A stretch of 64,000 nucleotides of DNA from Ginglymostoma cirratum (lineage: Eukaryota). The notes beneath the pieces were generated by a model. The model saw nothing but the letters and a program-made list of their open reading frames with translations. It did not search any database and was not told the DNA's origin. Position numbers and translations under genes: made by a program. Below are positions 10,895-22,859 of the stretch, one piece after another. The DNA lies in contig JAHRHZ010000002.1 of assembly GCA_024137785.1 (NCBI GenBank), forward strand, positions 4,297,329-4,361,328, read 5' to 3'. Within the stretch, counting starts at the first letter, position 1. Every line of letters begins with the position of its first letter.

Positions 10895-13250
10895 GGCATT
10901 GCTGTCCAGGCCGCCATTTATTGCCCATCTCTAGTAGCTTTTGAGAAGGTGGTAGTGAGCTGCCTTCTTGAACCACTGCAGTCGACATTTTGTCAGTTGA
11001 TCCACAATGACCTTAGGGAGGGAATGCCATGATTTGGACCCAGTGATACTGAAGGAATGACAATACATTTCCAAGTCAAGATCCTGAGTAGCGGGGAGGA
11101 GAATTTGCAGGAGTGGTGTTGCCATGTACCTGCTGCCCTTGCCCTTCTAGATGGAAGTGATCATGGGTTTGAAAAGTGCTGTCTAAGAAGCCTCAGTGAA
11201 ATTCTGCAGTGGACCTTGTACGTGGTACAAACAGCTGATAACTGAGCTTTGGTGTTCAATGAAGTGGATGTATATGGATGTGGTACCTTCAAGGAGGTTG
11301 CTTTGACCTGAATGGCGTCAGGCTTCTTGAGTGTTGTCGGTACTGCACCCAACCAGGTAAGTGGGGAATGTTCTATTACACTCCTGATTGTGCCTTATAG
11401 AGGGCAGACAGGCTTTGGGGAGTCAGGAGGTGAGTTGCTTGCTACAGTATTCCAAGCCTCTGCCCTGCTCTTTTAGCCACTTTATTTATATGGCAAATCT
11501 AGTTCAGTTCCTGGTCAGTGGCGATTACCAGGATGTTGACAGTGGTGGTTTCAGTAAGGGTTAGATTCCCTGATTTTGGAAATGGACATGGTTTGGCAAT
11601 CGTGTGGCGCAAATGTTACTTGCTACTTTTTAGCCCAAGCCAGGATATTGTCCAGGTCTTATTGCATTTGAACATAGACTGCTTCCGTATCTGAGGAATC
11701 ACAAATGATGCTGGGCATTGTGCAATAATCTGTGAACATCCCCATTTCTGAACTTATGATGAAGGGAAAGTCATTGTTGAAGCAGCTGGAGATGGTTGGG
11801 CACGACCCTGGGAAACTTCTGCAGAGATGTCCCGGAGCTGAGATGAGTGACCTCAAACAACCATAAGCATCTTCCTTTGACTTCAACTAGCAAAGAGTTT
11901 CCCCCTTGATTCCAAATTTTGCCTTGGTTCTATGGAGGATGTTGCCATGGTTTCAGTCTCTCCTCACTTGAAGAATTGAAATTTTTTATCCATATTTGGG
12001 GAAGCAATGGCTCAGTGGTATTATCACTAAACTAATATAGAGACCCATGTAACGTTTTGGGGACCTGGGTTCAAATCCTGCCACAGCAGATGCTGGAATT
12101 TGAATTCAAATAAAAATCTGGAATGAAGAGTCTAATGATGACAATGAATCCATTGTTGATTTAGGAAAAGCTCATCTGATTCACCAATATCTTTTAGGGA
12201 AGGAAACTGCCATCCTTACCTGGTCTGGCCTACATGTGACTCCAGACCCACAGCAATGTGATTGCCACTTAACTGCCCTCTGGGCAGTTATGGATGGGCA
12301 ATAAATGCTGGTCCGACCAGTTGATACCCTCATTCCGTAAATTAATATAAGAAGTAAATCTATAATGAGGTCAGGAGCCAAGTGGCCCTAGCAGGCCCCA
12401 GTCTGAGCAAACAGGTTTTGATGGTCAGGTTCTCACTGATGGATCTGTCAACATTCCAGAAATAGTATTGGAACAGCTTGGCTAGGGGAGCAGCAAGTTC
12501 TGGAGCACAAGTCTTCAGTACTATTGCTGGTATGTTGCCAGGGCCTGTAGCCTTTGCAGTATCCAGTGCCTCCAACCATTTCTTGATACCACGTGGATTG
12601 AATCGAATTAGCTGGAGACTGGCATCTATCATGCTGGAGACCTCTAGAGGAGGCCGAGATGATTCATCCATTTTGCACTTGTGGCAAAAGATGATTACAA
12701 ATGCTTCAGACCTGTGATGGACTCCCCTATCTTTCGAGATGGGGTTAAATTGTGGAATCTTCTCCAGTAATTGTCCACCACCATTCATGACTGGATGTTG
12801 CAGGACTACAGAATCTACATCTGATTTGTTGTTTTTGAGATAATCAACCCTAACCATTGCTTGCTGTATCTATTGTTTGTCAGGCATGTATTCCTGTGGT
12901 GTAGTGTTCGGATGTTGACATCTCATTTTAGATACACCTAGTGTTGTTGGTTATGTCATTCTACACTCCTCATTAAACCAGGTTTGAATCCTGGCAATGG
13001 GAATTTTGGAGGGAAGAGTATGCCAGACCGTGAAATTATTGATTGCAGTTATGTATTGATGCCTCCTGCGTGCCCAGTTTTGAGCTGCCGAACCCATTTA
13101 AAGCCCATTCCATTCAGCCCAATGGAAAGCCACACAACCTATTGTTATACTTGCCTTCTGTTTGAAGACAATATTCTGTCTCTATAAGGGAGTATACTCT
13201 AAAGGAGTGCTTTGGTCACTCCTGCCAGCACTGATATGATCAATTGCATC
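10895..13250 (-). mobile_element. Old CR1-group LINE (second family), degraded, with SINE inserted
   Basis: KATGPGNIPAIVLKTCAPELAAPLAKLFQ in ORF 12360-12857; downstream RT and 3' tail toward 10895. Confidence 0.8.
11995..12345 (+). mobile_element. tRNA-derived SINE with LINE-derived tail
   Basis: A-box tggctcagtgg, B-box gggttcaaatcc; tail aataaatgctgg..gatacc shared with the second LINE family. Related copies at ~7245-7395 (+) and ~29770-30150 (-). Confidence 0.8.
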
Positions 13251-13379
13251 AACTTATGGGGGAGAGGTGCAATGGTGTCAGAGGACTTGGATGATTGGAA
13301 ATGTTTGAAAAAATGAGGATAAATATGATAACAGTCCATCTAGGTGAATGTTGGTTTTGAGGAAGTTTTTAGAATCAGT

Positions 13380-13620
13380 AATCTGGTACAAAATAAACAA
13401 CTGCTGCGGGCCAGTCTCTGTAGACTGTGCTAATAACGTAATCCTATGTATCCAAAAACAACCCCCAAAAAAGTGTTCTGCCCAGCAATAGATGACACAT
13501 TACAGTAGTGTAATTTTATTGCTTGGTTTTATAACATACACATTACTTGAGACATGACAAAGAATCTGTTTGACTGCTGTTTATGGTTGGGGATTTTCCA
13601 CTCAATCTCTTCCTCCTCCC
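13380..13620 (-). pseudogene. PKD1L1-like relic, start of REJ
   Basis: SNVYVIKPSNKITLL/THLFFSRTTSSPIVL and GLRY*HSLQRLARSSCLF/TLRYHWECATAGSPAHPCF; acceptor-like ttctgttttgcag at ~13620-13633. Confidence 0.45.
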
Positions 13621-14055
13621 TGCAAAACAGAATCCAAGTGAAACTGCAGATGCATACTACATGCATCTCAGAATAGTTTAAGCATACTCACGTCTTAATA
13701 TGGCTTTCATCCATCAATCCTTGCTTGGCTGAACATTTTTTTCACTGAACAACTTCTGTTTCAATTTCACTTACTTCCTCCAAATAAAAACGTGTGTGCT
13801 TACATGGTTATGAGCTCTGCCTGCCTTTTTAGGGGATATGTGGAATTTTTTTTGGTTCCAATCCTGCTGGAGTCCTCCTTCTCACTTCTTTTACCTTTCC
13901 AGCACCACTTCTTGCTCTTGTTATGTACAGGAAAATATAATTGACATTCTTTTCTAAATTCCACTTCTTCACCATTACCTGATCTCTTGTCCTTAGTGTC
14001 TGTGTCTCCATTTCTGGAATAGCCTATTAATGCATATTTACTACAAACCAACTGA

Positions 14056-15070
14056 TTCCCAACACCTTCCACCCCAACCTGAAGTTCACCTGGACCATCT
14101 CCAACACTTCTCTCTCCTTCCTGGACCTCTCTGTCTCCATCTCGGGCAACCACCTAGAAACAGATGTCCATTTCAAGCCCACTGACTCCCACAGCTACCT
14201 GGAATACACCTCCTCCCACCCACCCTCCTGCAAAAATGCCATCCCCTATTCCCAATTCCTTCGCCTCCGCCGCATCTGCTCCCAGGATGAGNNNNNNNNN
14301 NNNNNNNNNNNNNNNNNNNNNNNNNNNNNNNNNNNNNNNNNNNNNNNNNNNNNNNNNNNNNNNNNNNNNNNNNNNNNNNNNNNNNNNNNNNNNNNNNNNN
14401 NNNNNNNNNNNNNNNNNNNNNNNNNNNNNNNNNNNNNNNNNNNNNNNNNNNNNNNNNNNNNNNNNNNNNNNNNNNNNNNNNNNNNNNNNNNNNNNNNNNN
14501 NNNNNNNNNNNNNNNNNNNNNNNNNNNNNNNNNNNNNNNNNNNNNNNNNNNNNNNNNNNNNNNNNNNNNNNNNNNNNNNNNNNNNNNNNNNNNNNNNNNN
14601 NNNNNNNNNNNNNNNNNNNNNNNNNNNNNNNNNNNNNNNNNNNNNNNNNNNNNNNNNNNNNNNNNNNNNNNNNNNNNNNNNNNNNNNNNNNGATTCCCTT
14701 AGCTACTTTGATTACACTTCCTCACATTCTGCTGCCTGTCCAGGCTGCAATTCATTCTCCCAGTTTGTCTGTCACATCTGTTCTGACAATAACACTTTTC
14801 ATAACAGCACTTTCAATATGCCGTCCTTTTTCCTCAATGGAGGGTTTCCAAAGTGGTTAACAGGGCTATCAATTGTATCTGTCCATTTCAGGCACTCCTG
14901 CTTTCATCCCTTGCCCTCCACCCCTTCCAGACCATGATTGCATTAACATTCTCCTTCCCAATCACACCAATCTCTGAATGCAGTGGAATATCCACCATTT
15001 CCACTGTGATGCCAGATCTTCCCCAATCTTCCCTTTCATCACTTCAAAGGGAGCCTTCCCTCAACCAGAT
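14056..15070 (+). mobile_element. Penelope-like fragments flanking an N-gap (14292-14691)
   Basis: FHPNLKFTWTIS..LSFLDLSVSI..HFKPTDSHSYLEY before the gap; an older degenerate copy after it. Confidence 0.85.
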
Positions 15071-15079
15071 CTTCTCAAT

Positions 15080-15945
15080 CATCTGATCCCAGCTGATGAT
15101 AACACTGGACAAGCCAGTCTCAGAACGAAAGCTGGCTTGATATGTCAACAATTTTATTGTGTATTTTAGTTACCATGGTGGTTAATCACTGAACGTACTT
15201 ACAAAAGACTGCCAATCTTTGTCTAACAAAAGAACACAAGTTTATGACACAATAAAGGAAAACCAGACATAAGACAATTTAGAAAGATCTTAACGTAGAC
15301 ATCAAAAACACAGATTCCTTTTTCACAGAAACCATTTTTTCCAGTAATATCATACACAGATGCTTCATTGAAATCCAGTATCACTCCCATTTTAAGTTTA
15401 AGATTTTTGACTCAATTGACTCTTTCCAGTTTTGGTGTCCTAGAGACTTTGTCCCAGCTCTGAAGCCCAGAGAATGTTTTCCAATCCTGACAGCCTGAGC
15501 GTGTTTTAGGTTCTCACAACCTGGAGGCTTCAACAAAGTTCTCACAACCTGAAGATTTCTACCAACTAAAACTCGGTCTAATGATTTCTGGTCTTCTGCT
15601 GATATGAAACCATTCTTCCGAACTGAAGCCTTATTCTGGCTTCTAACCATCTATCTATATAGATCATAAAAGTCCGCATCCGAAGCATTCAGCAGTTAGC
15701 TCCTTGGATATCAGATTAAGGCATTTGACTTAAATCACTTGCTGCCTTAGAAAGAATATCTTTAATTCACTGTTCCAAATGATGAATGACCTCTTAAAAA
15801 AAAACAAGCAAGTCACCTTCACAGAACAGAAACCAAAATCTTGTTCGTTTCTATCTGAAACTCCAAATTCCCAAACGATAATCAGATAATCAAACCTTTA
15901 TCATACACTTGAACCTTCTTTTCCATTCCATGGTATCTTACCATG
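15080..15945 (-). mobile_element. Solo LTR-like sequence related to the LTR at 36021-38330
   Basis: Shares the terminal motif tcaagccag.tttc..tct...ctg.cttg.ccagt and the start gtaagata with the 36-38 kb LTR. Confidence 0.5.
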
Positions 15946-16742
15946 TAAAAGCAGGATATGAAACACACACTCTTTTACCTCTTCCTTTCTGCACTAAAGG
16001 AACCAACAAGGGGTCAAGCCTATTTGACCTTGTCCCACCAATCTATCTGTTGCAAATGCGTCACTCCATGCCCAGTATTGGTAGGAGTGACTACCACCCA
16101 GTCCTTCTGAAACAAAGCCCCAACTTCACCCTGAGGATATACTCTATTGTGTTGTGTCCCAATACCACAGCGGTGAATAGGATATATTTTGAACAGATTT
16201 AGCAACTCAAAACTGGGCATCCATATGGTGCTGCAGGCCGTTAGCAGCAGCAGAATTGCATTCAAACACAATCTATGAAGTCATGGAGCTCATAGCCCAA
16301 TTAACAATTATCATCAAGCAGGGAGATCAACTCTGGTTCAATTACGGATGGAAGAGGGTATGCCAGGAGGAGCACCAGGCATACCTCAATAGAATATGTT
16401 AACCTGGTGAAGCTGGATACTTATGTACCAAACAGCATGAGCAGCATGTGATGGACAGATGTTACAACTTAACCAGGAAACGTGCACCAATAATCACGCT
16501 CTACTGATTCACAATCAGTCCCAAAATGTGTAAAACTCTTATTAGACAGCCAAAAATAATAAGTTTACCTGACTGACAACTGATTGCTCTTCAGGAGAAA
16601 CATAATTCATGGCAGATGTATTTCTACAACAGATAAATACACCCTAATTATTGTAATGCAGTTAACTTTAACAAAAGGCAAGAACAAAGAAAGGATTTTA
16701 CTACTGTGTCACTTAAACCATATCCCTTTAAANNNNNNNNNN

Positions 16743-16789
<47 letters not shown>
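16743..16789. repeat. (CA)n microsatellite next to a 10-N gap
   Basis: Direct reading. Confidence 0.98.
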
Positions 16790-16791
<2 letters not shown>

Positions 16792-16923
16792 TTAAAACAG
16801 AGAAAGGGCAGACGGTTCGAAACAGATACTATGGTGGAACAAGAATATGACCAGGAAAGCAAAATCCTGAAGATCGAAAGTCTTGAATTGAACGGTGGGT
16901 CTCACATGTCTTTTTTTTGTGTC

Positions 16924-17080
16924 AGAGATAGTAGGAACTGCAGCTGCTGGAGAATCTGAGATAACAAGGTGTGGGGCTGGATGAACACAGCAGGCCAGGC
17001 AGCATCAGAGGAGCAGGAAGGCTGACGTTTCGGGCCTAGACCCTTCTTTAGAAGGGTCTTGTTATCGCCTTGTTATCTCG
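16924..17080 (-). mobile_element. Short PLE terminal fragment with mutated hammerhead
   Basis: Same sequence as 2941-3070; core reads CUAAAGA. Confidence 0.85.
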
Positions 17081-17194
17081 TTTTTCTGTGAATTGTTTTT
17101 GTACTGATGGGTATTCTTTGATCCAGTGGTTGTTCAGGCGGATCTAGGACTCTTGTTAGAGTCATAAAGATGTACAGCACAGAAAAAAGACTGA

Positions 17195-17870
17195 ATAAAA
17201 ATCGAAAGAACTGCAGATGCTGTAAATCAGGAACAAAAACAAAGTTGCTGGAAAAGCTCAGCCAACCTGGCAGCATCAGCGAAGGAGAAAACAGAGTTAA
17301 CATTTCGGGTCCGGTGACCTTCCCTAGAACTGATGGTGGCTGGGAAAACGTCAGTTTATATACAGAAAAAAGGGGAAGGGGATGGAGTAGGGAGTAAACG
17401 ATATGATAGAGCCTAAAGAGAGAGAAAGACAGTTGGACAGACAAAGAGTTGCTAATAATCAGGCTGGGAGGGTGAATAGTTGTTAATGGGGCCTGTTAGG
17501 GACTGACAACAGGGGGTGTATAATGGCAGGCTATGTGATAACAAGGCCTGGTGTGTTGGGTAGGGGGCTGGAACATGGGAGAGTTTAGGCCCTAAAATTA
17601 TTGAACTCGATATTGAGTCCGGAGGGCTGCAGGATCCCCAAGAGAAAAATGAGGTGTTGTTCTTCTAACTTGCGTTGAGCTTCGCTAGAACACTACAGCA
17701 AGCCAGAGACAGACATGGTCAGGGAACCGGGTGGTGCGTTAAAGTGGCAGGCAACAGGTAGTTCAGGGTCTCTTTTGCGAGCAGAACATAGATGTTCTGT
17801 GAAGCGGTCACCTAGTCTATGCTTTGTTTCCCCAATGTAGAGGGGATCACATTGTGAGCAGTGAATGCAG
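17195..17870 (-). mobile_element. Penelope-like element of a different family, 3' portion (GIY-YIG end plus terminus)
   Basis: Minus strand encodes LYIGETK.RLGDRF.EHL and RKLEEQHLIF.LG.LQP; degenerate hammerhead at ~17300-17330. Confidence 0.85.
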
Positions 17871-19915
17871 AGAAAAGGCCCTTGTATTAGACAGTAGCTT
17901 TCAAAAGTATGATAATGAGAGTTCAGAAACAGTATGTTCCTGTTAGAGTGAAGGACAAGGCTGGCAGGTGTAGGTTACACTGGATGACTAGAGATATTGG
18001 GACTTTAGTCAAGAAGAAGAAGGAAGCGTATGCCAGCTAGAGACAGCTGGGCTGAAGTGAATCCATTGATGAATATAGTGGGAGTAGAAGCATACTTGAG
18101 ATTAAGGACAATCCAAGGAGATTCTACAAATACATTAAGGGCAAAGAGTAAGCAGGGAGAAAATAGGGCCCCTTAAAGATCAACAAGGCTATCTACCTGT
18201 GGAACCACAGGAGATGGTTAAGATACTAAATGAATATTTTGCGTCAGGATTTACTGTAGAGAAAGACATGGAAGCTAGGGATCCTGGGAAAATATGTTGT
18301 GATGTCTTGAAGAAAATCCATATTACAGATGAGGAGGTGCTGAAGGTCTTAAAACACATAAAGATAGATAAATCCCTAGGACCTGATGAAGTGAATCCCA
18401 GGATATTGAAGAAATTGCATAGTCCTAGGGATGAAATTGTGGAGCCCCTAGCAGAGATATTTGTATCATCTTAACTATCAGGTAAGGTGCTGGAAGAATG
18501 GAGGGTGGCTAATGTTGTGCCTTTATTTAGGAAAGGCTGCAAGGACAAGCCAGGGAACCATAGACTGGTGAGCCTGATGCCAGTTGTGGGTAAGTTGTTG
18601 GAGACGTTTATGACAGACAGGATTTACATGCATTTTGAGAAGCAGGGACTGATTAGGTATAGTCAGCATGACTTTGTGTGAGGGAAATTGTGTCTCATAA
18701 ACCTAATGGAGTTTTTTGAGGATGTAACTAAAAGGATAGGTGAGGGCAGAATGGTGCACATTGTCTATATGGACTTTAGCAAGGCCTTCAACAAGACTCG
18801 GCATGGTAGTCTGGTTAGTAATCTTAGATCACAATGGAATCCAGAGAGAGCTAGCCAACTGGATAAAAATTGGCTTCAAGGCAGAGACAGAGAGTGGTGG
18901 TGAAGGATTGTTTTTCAGACTGGAGGCCTGTGACAAGAAGTGTTCTGCAGGGATCAGTGCTGGGTCCACTGTTGTTTGACATTTATATAAATGATTAGGA
19001 TGAGAACATAGGAACCGTGGTTAGTATGTTTGCAGATGAAACCAAATTGGTGGTGGGTTATCTAAGAATATAACAGTATATTGAACAGCAGTACTAATAG
19101 GCTGAGGAGTGGCAGATTGAGTTTAGATAAATGCAAGGTATTGCATTTTGGTAAAACAAACAAGGATAGGACTTAAACAGTTAATAGTGGGGCCCTGGGA
19201 GTGTTGTTGAACAGAGAGATCTAAGAGTTCAGGCGCATAGTTCCTTGAAATTGGCATCACAGGTAGACAGGGTGGTGAAGGAGGCATTTGGCACGCTTGC
19301 CTTCATTGGTCAGTGCATTGAGTATCGGAGTTGGGAGGTCATGTTGCAGCTGTACAGGACATTGGTGAGGCCAGTTTTGGAATACCATATTTAATTCTAG
19401 TCACCCTGCTATAGGAAAGATGTTGTTAAATTGTAGAGGGTGCAGAAAAGATTTACAAGCGATATTACAGAGACTGGATGGTTTGTGGAGAGGCTGGATA
19501 GGTTAAGACTTTTTTTCAGTGGAGCATCAGAGCTTGAGGGATGATCTTATATAGGTTTATAAAATCATAACAGGCATAGATCAGGTGAGTAGCAATGGTC
19601 TTTTCCTTACGATAGAGAATAGGGAGTTCAAAATAGATGGCATAAGTTTAAGGTTAGAGGGGAATGATTTTAAACGGAATAGAGGGGCAACTTTTTCACA
19701 CAGAAGGTGGTACATGTATGAAATGAACTGCCAGAGGAAATGGAGGAAGCTGGTACAGTTACAACATTTAAAAGACATCTGCACAGGTACATGAAGACTA
19801 TAGGTTTGGAGTGACATGGACCAAATGCAGTCAAATGAGATGAGTTTAGTTTGGAAAACTTGGTCAAGTTGGACCGAAGGATCTGTTTCTGTGCTAATGA
19901 CTCTATGACTCTGCT
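17870..19915 (+). mobile_element. CR1 LINE, degraded ORF2
   Basis: LNEYFASGFT, KSLGPDEV, WRVANVVPLFRKG, YMDFSKAF; (ctatga)n tail at ~19895-19912. Confidence 0.93.
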
Positions 19916-19959
19916 CCGGTCAAAAACAATCACCTAACAACTCTAATCCCAAATTCCAG

Positions 19960-21050
19960 CACTTGGCCTATAGCTTTGTATGTTTAAGCATTGTAGCTGC
20001 ACATCTAAATGCTTCTTAAATGTGATGAGTGTTTCTGCCTATACCACCCTCAAAGGCAATGAGTTCCAGATTCCTACCACCCTCTGGGTGAAAAGGTTTT
20101 TCCTCACACCTCCTCCAAAAATCCTGCCCTTACCTTAAATCTGTGCCCTCGGTTATTGATCCCTCCACCAAGGGGAGATGTTTCTTCCTATCCTGTCTGT
20201 GGCCCTCATAATCTTATATATCTCTGTCATGTCCTTATCAATCTCCTGTGCTTTAAGGAAACCAATCCCAGTCTAAACCAATCTCTCTTCATGGCTGAAA
20301 TGCTCCAGTCCGGGCAACATCCTGGTAAATCTCCTGAGCATATTCTCCAGTGATATCACATCCCCTTAGAATGTGGATTCCAGATCTGTACTCAATACCC
20401 TCGCTGTAGCCTAAGCCACTTTTTTATACGGTTCCAGAATCACCTCCCCCACTCTACGCCTTGGCTAATAAAGGCAAATATCCTATATGCCTCCTTGACC
20501 ACTTTATCCAACTGTCCTCATACTTTATGCATATGCACACCAAGGTCCCTCGGATCCTCAGTGCTTCCCGGGGTCTGACCATTCATCATGTATTTCCTTT
20601 CCTTGCTTATCCTGCCTAAGTGCATCACCTCACATTTATCCAGACTAAATTCCATTTTCCCCGATCAGATCATCTGACTGGCCCTTCTTTATCTTCTTGT
20701 AGTCTAAAGCTATCCTCATCACTATTCATCACCCCTCTAATTATTGTATTGTCTGTGAATTTAGTGATCAACCCTCTTACATTCAAGCTTAGTGATTTAT
20801 ATAAACCACAAACAGCAAGGGCCCTGACACTGACCCCTGTTGGACCCTGCTGGACACAGACTTCCAGTTGGGAAAATACCCTTCAATCATCATCCACTGC
20901 TTCCTGTCATTCGGCTAATTGTGGATCTAAGTTGCCAAATGTCCTTGGATTCTGTGGGCTCTTAACTTTCTTATCAGTCTGCCATGCAGGACCTTATCAA
21001 AAGCCTCAATGAAGTCTAAGGTGTCTACATCAAAAGCATTGCTCTCACAT
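19960..21050 (-). mobile_element. CR1 LINE, degraded
   Basis: Reverse-strand DFIEAFDKVLH, GVQQGSVSGP and downstream CR1 motifs. Confidence 0.85.
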
Positions 21051-22470
21051 GTGTGAATGGTGGTGGACAATTAAACAACTCACTGGAAGAGGAGGCTCCA
21101 CAAATATCCCCATCCTCGATGATGGAAGAAGTCAGTACCTCAGTGTGAAAATAAGGCTGAAGCATTCACAACAATCTTCAGCTAGAAGTGCTAAGAGGTT
21201 GACCTGTCTTGGGCTCCTCATAATGCCTCCAACATCACTGAAGCCAGCATTCAGCCAATTTAATTCACTCCAAGAGTTATCAAAATATGGCTGAAGGCAC
21301 CAAATACTACAGACGTTATGGCCACTGGCACTTTCTAGCATCTTTCTCCTGATTTTAATTGAAGACATGTGCTCCAGAATTATCCAGAAGCCAAGCTAAG
21401 CTGGTTAGGTACAGCTGCAACACTGGCACCTACCCATCAATGTGGAAGAAAGTCCACGTATGTCCTGTACACAAGTAGCATGGTTGTGGTTGTTGGAGGG
21501 CAGTCATCTCAGCTCCAGGATTTCCCTGCAAAAGTTCCTCAGATTAGTGTCCTAGGCCCATCCATCTTTCAGCTGCTTCGTCAATGACCTTCCTTCCATC
21601 CTAAGGTCAGAAGTAGGGATGTTTTTGGATGATTGCACAATGTTCAGCACCATTCGTGACTCCTCAGATACTGAAGCAGTCCGTGTTCAAATGCAGCAAG
21701 ACCTGCTTAATATCCAGGCTTGAACTGAAAAGTGGCGAGTAACATTCATGCCACACAATACCAGAAAATGATTACCAAAGCCAAGAAAAAAACCTGATCA
21801 TCTTGACATTCAATGGCATTATTATTGCTGAGTTCCCCACCATCAATATCCTGGAGGTAACCATTGACCAGAAACTGAGCTGGACGAGTCATATAAATAC
21901 AGTGGCTACAAGAGCAGGTCAGAGGCTGACATTCCTGCACCAAGTAACTCATCTCCTGACTCCCTAAAGCTTGTCCACCATCTACAAGGCATTAGTCAGG
22001 AGTACGATGGATTACTCCTCAATTACCTGGATGGGTGCAGCTCCAAAAACACTTAAGAAGCTGGACAGCATCCAGCACATAGTAGCCCACTTGATTAACA
22101 CCACACCCTCTCACTCCCTCTTCCACGATCTCACAGTAGCAACAGTGTGTACCATCTATAAGATGCACTGTGGAAATTCACTAAATCTCCTTAGACAGCA
22201 CCTTCCAAACCCATGACCAGTACCATCTAAAAGGACCAGGATATATGAATACCACCAACTGCAAGTTTAAGCCACACATAATCCAGAATTGGAACTCTCT
22301 TGCTGTTCCTTCACTGTCACTGGGTCAACATCCTGGAATTCCTCCCGAATGGCATTGTGAGTCAACCAACAGCACATGCAGGAGTTCAGGAAGGTACCTC
22401 ACCACCACCTTCACAAGAGCGACAGGCAATAAATGCTGGCCAGCCAGCAATGCTGACACCCCATGAATGA
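21050..22470 (+). mobile_element. Old CR1-group LINE (second family)
   Basis: VPQISVLGPSIF, STIYKALVRSTMDYS; tail aataaatgctggccagccagcaatgc...tgaatgaat. Confidence 0.8.
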
Positions 22471-22859
22471 ATAAGAGTAAAAGCCTTTGCTTTATGCCTC
22501 CAGCCACTAGGTATGAGAGGAGTGTGAATCAAGATCATACTTTTGTAGCAATTCAACCTTCATCTAAGTTTGTAAAGACATTAGCAGAGGGCATGGTCTC
22601 AATCTTTATTTTTATTGACTGTCAGACGTGGATGGGCTTCTATCTAATTACAGAATCTTTACACATGATGCTAAATTGATATTGAAACACAGAATATTGG
22701 AGCAGGAGTGGGCCATTCAACCCTTCAAGTCTGCCCTGCCATTCAACGTGATCACAGCTGATCATCTAACTCAGTATCTAGGACCCGATTCCTCCCCACA
22801 ACCTTTGATCCCTTTGACCCACAGAACCATATCTAAATCCTTCTTGGAAACATTCGATG

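Noticed and set aside
13800-14153. 117-aa ORF with charged C-terminal half
   Set aside because: The N-terminus is antisense Penelope sequence and the remainder has no recognisable homology.
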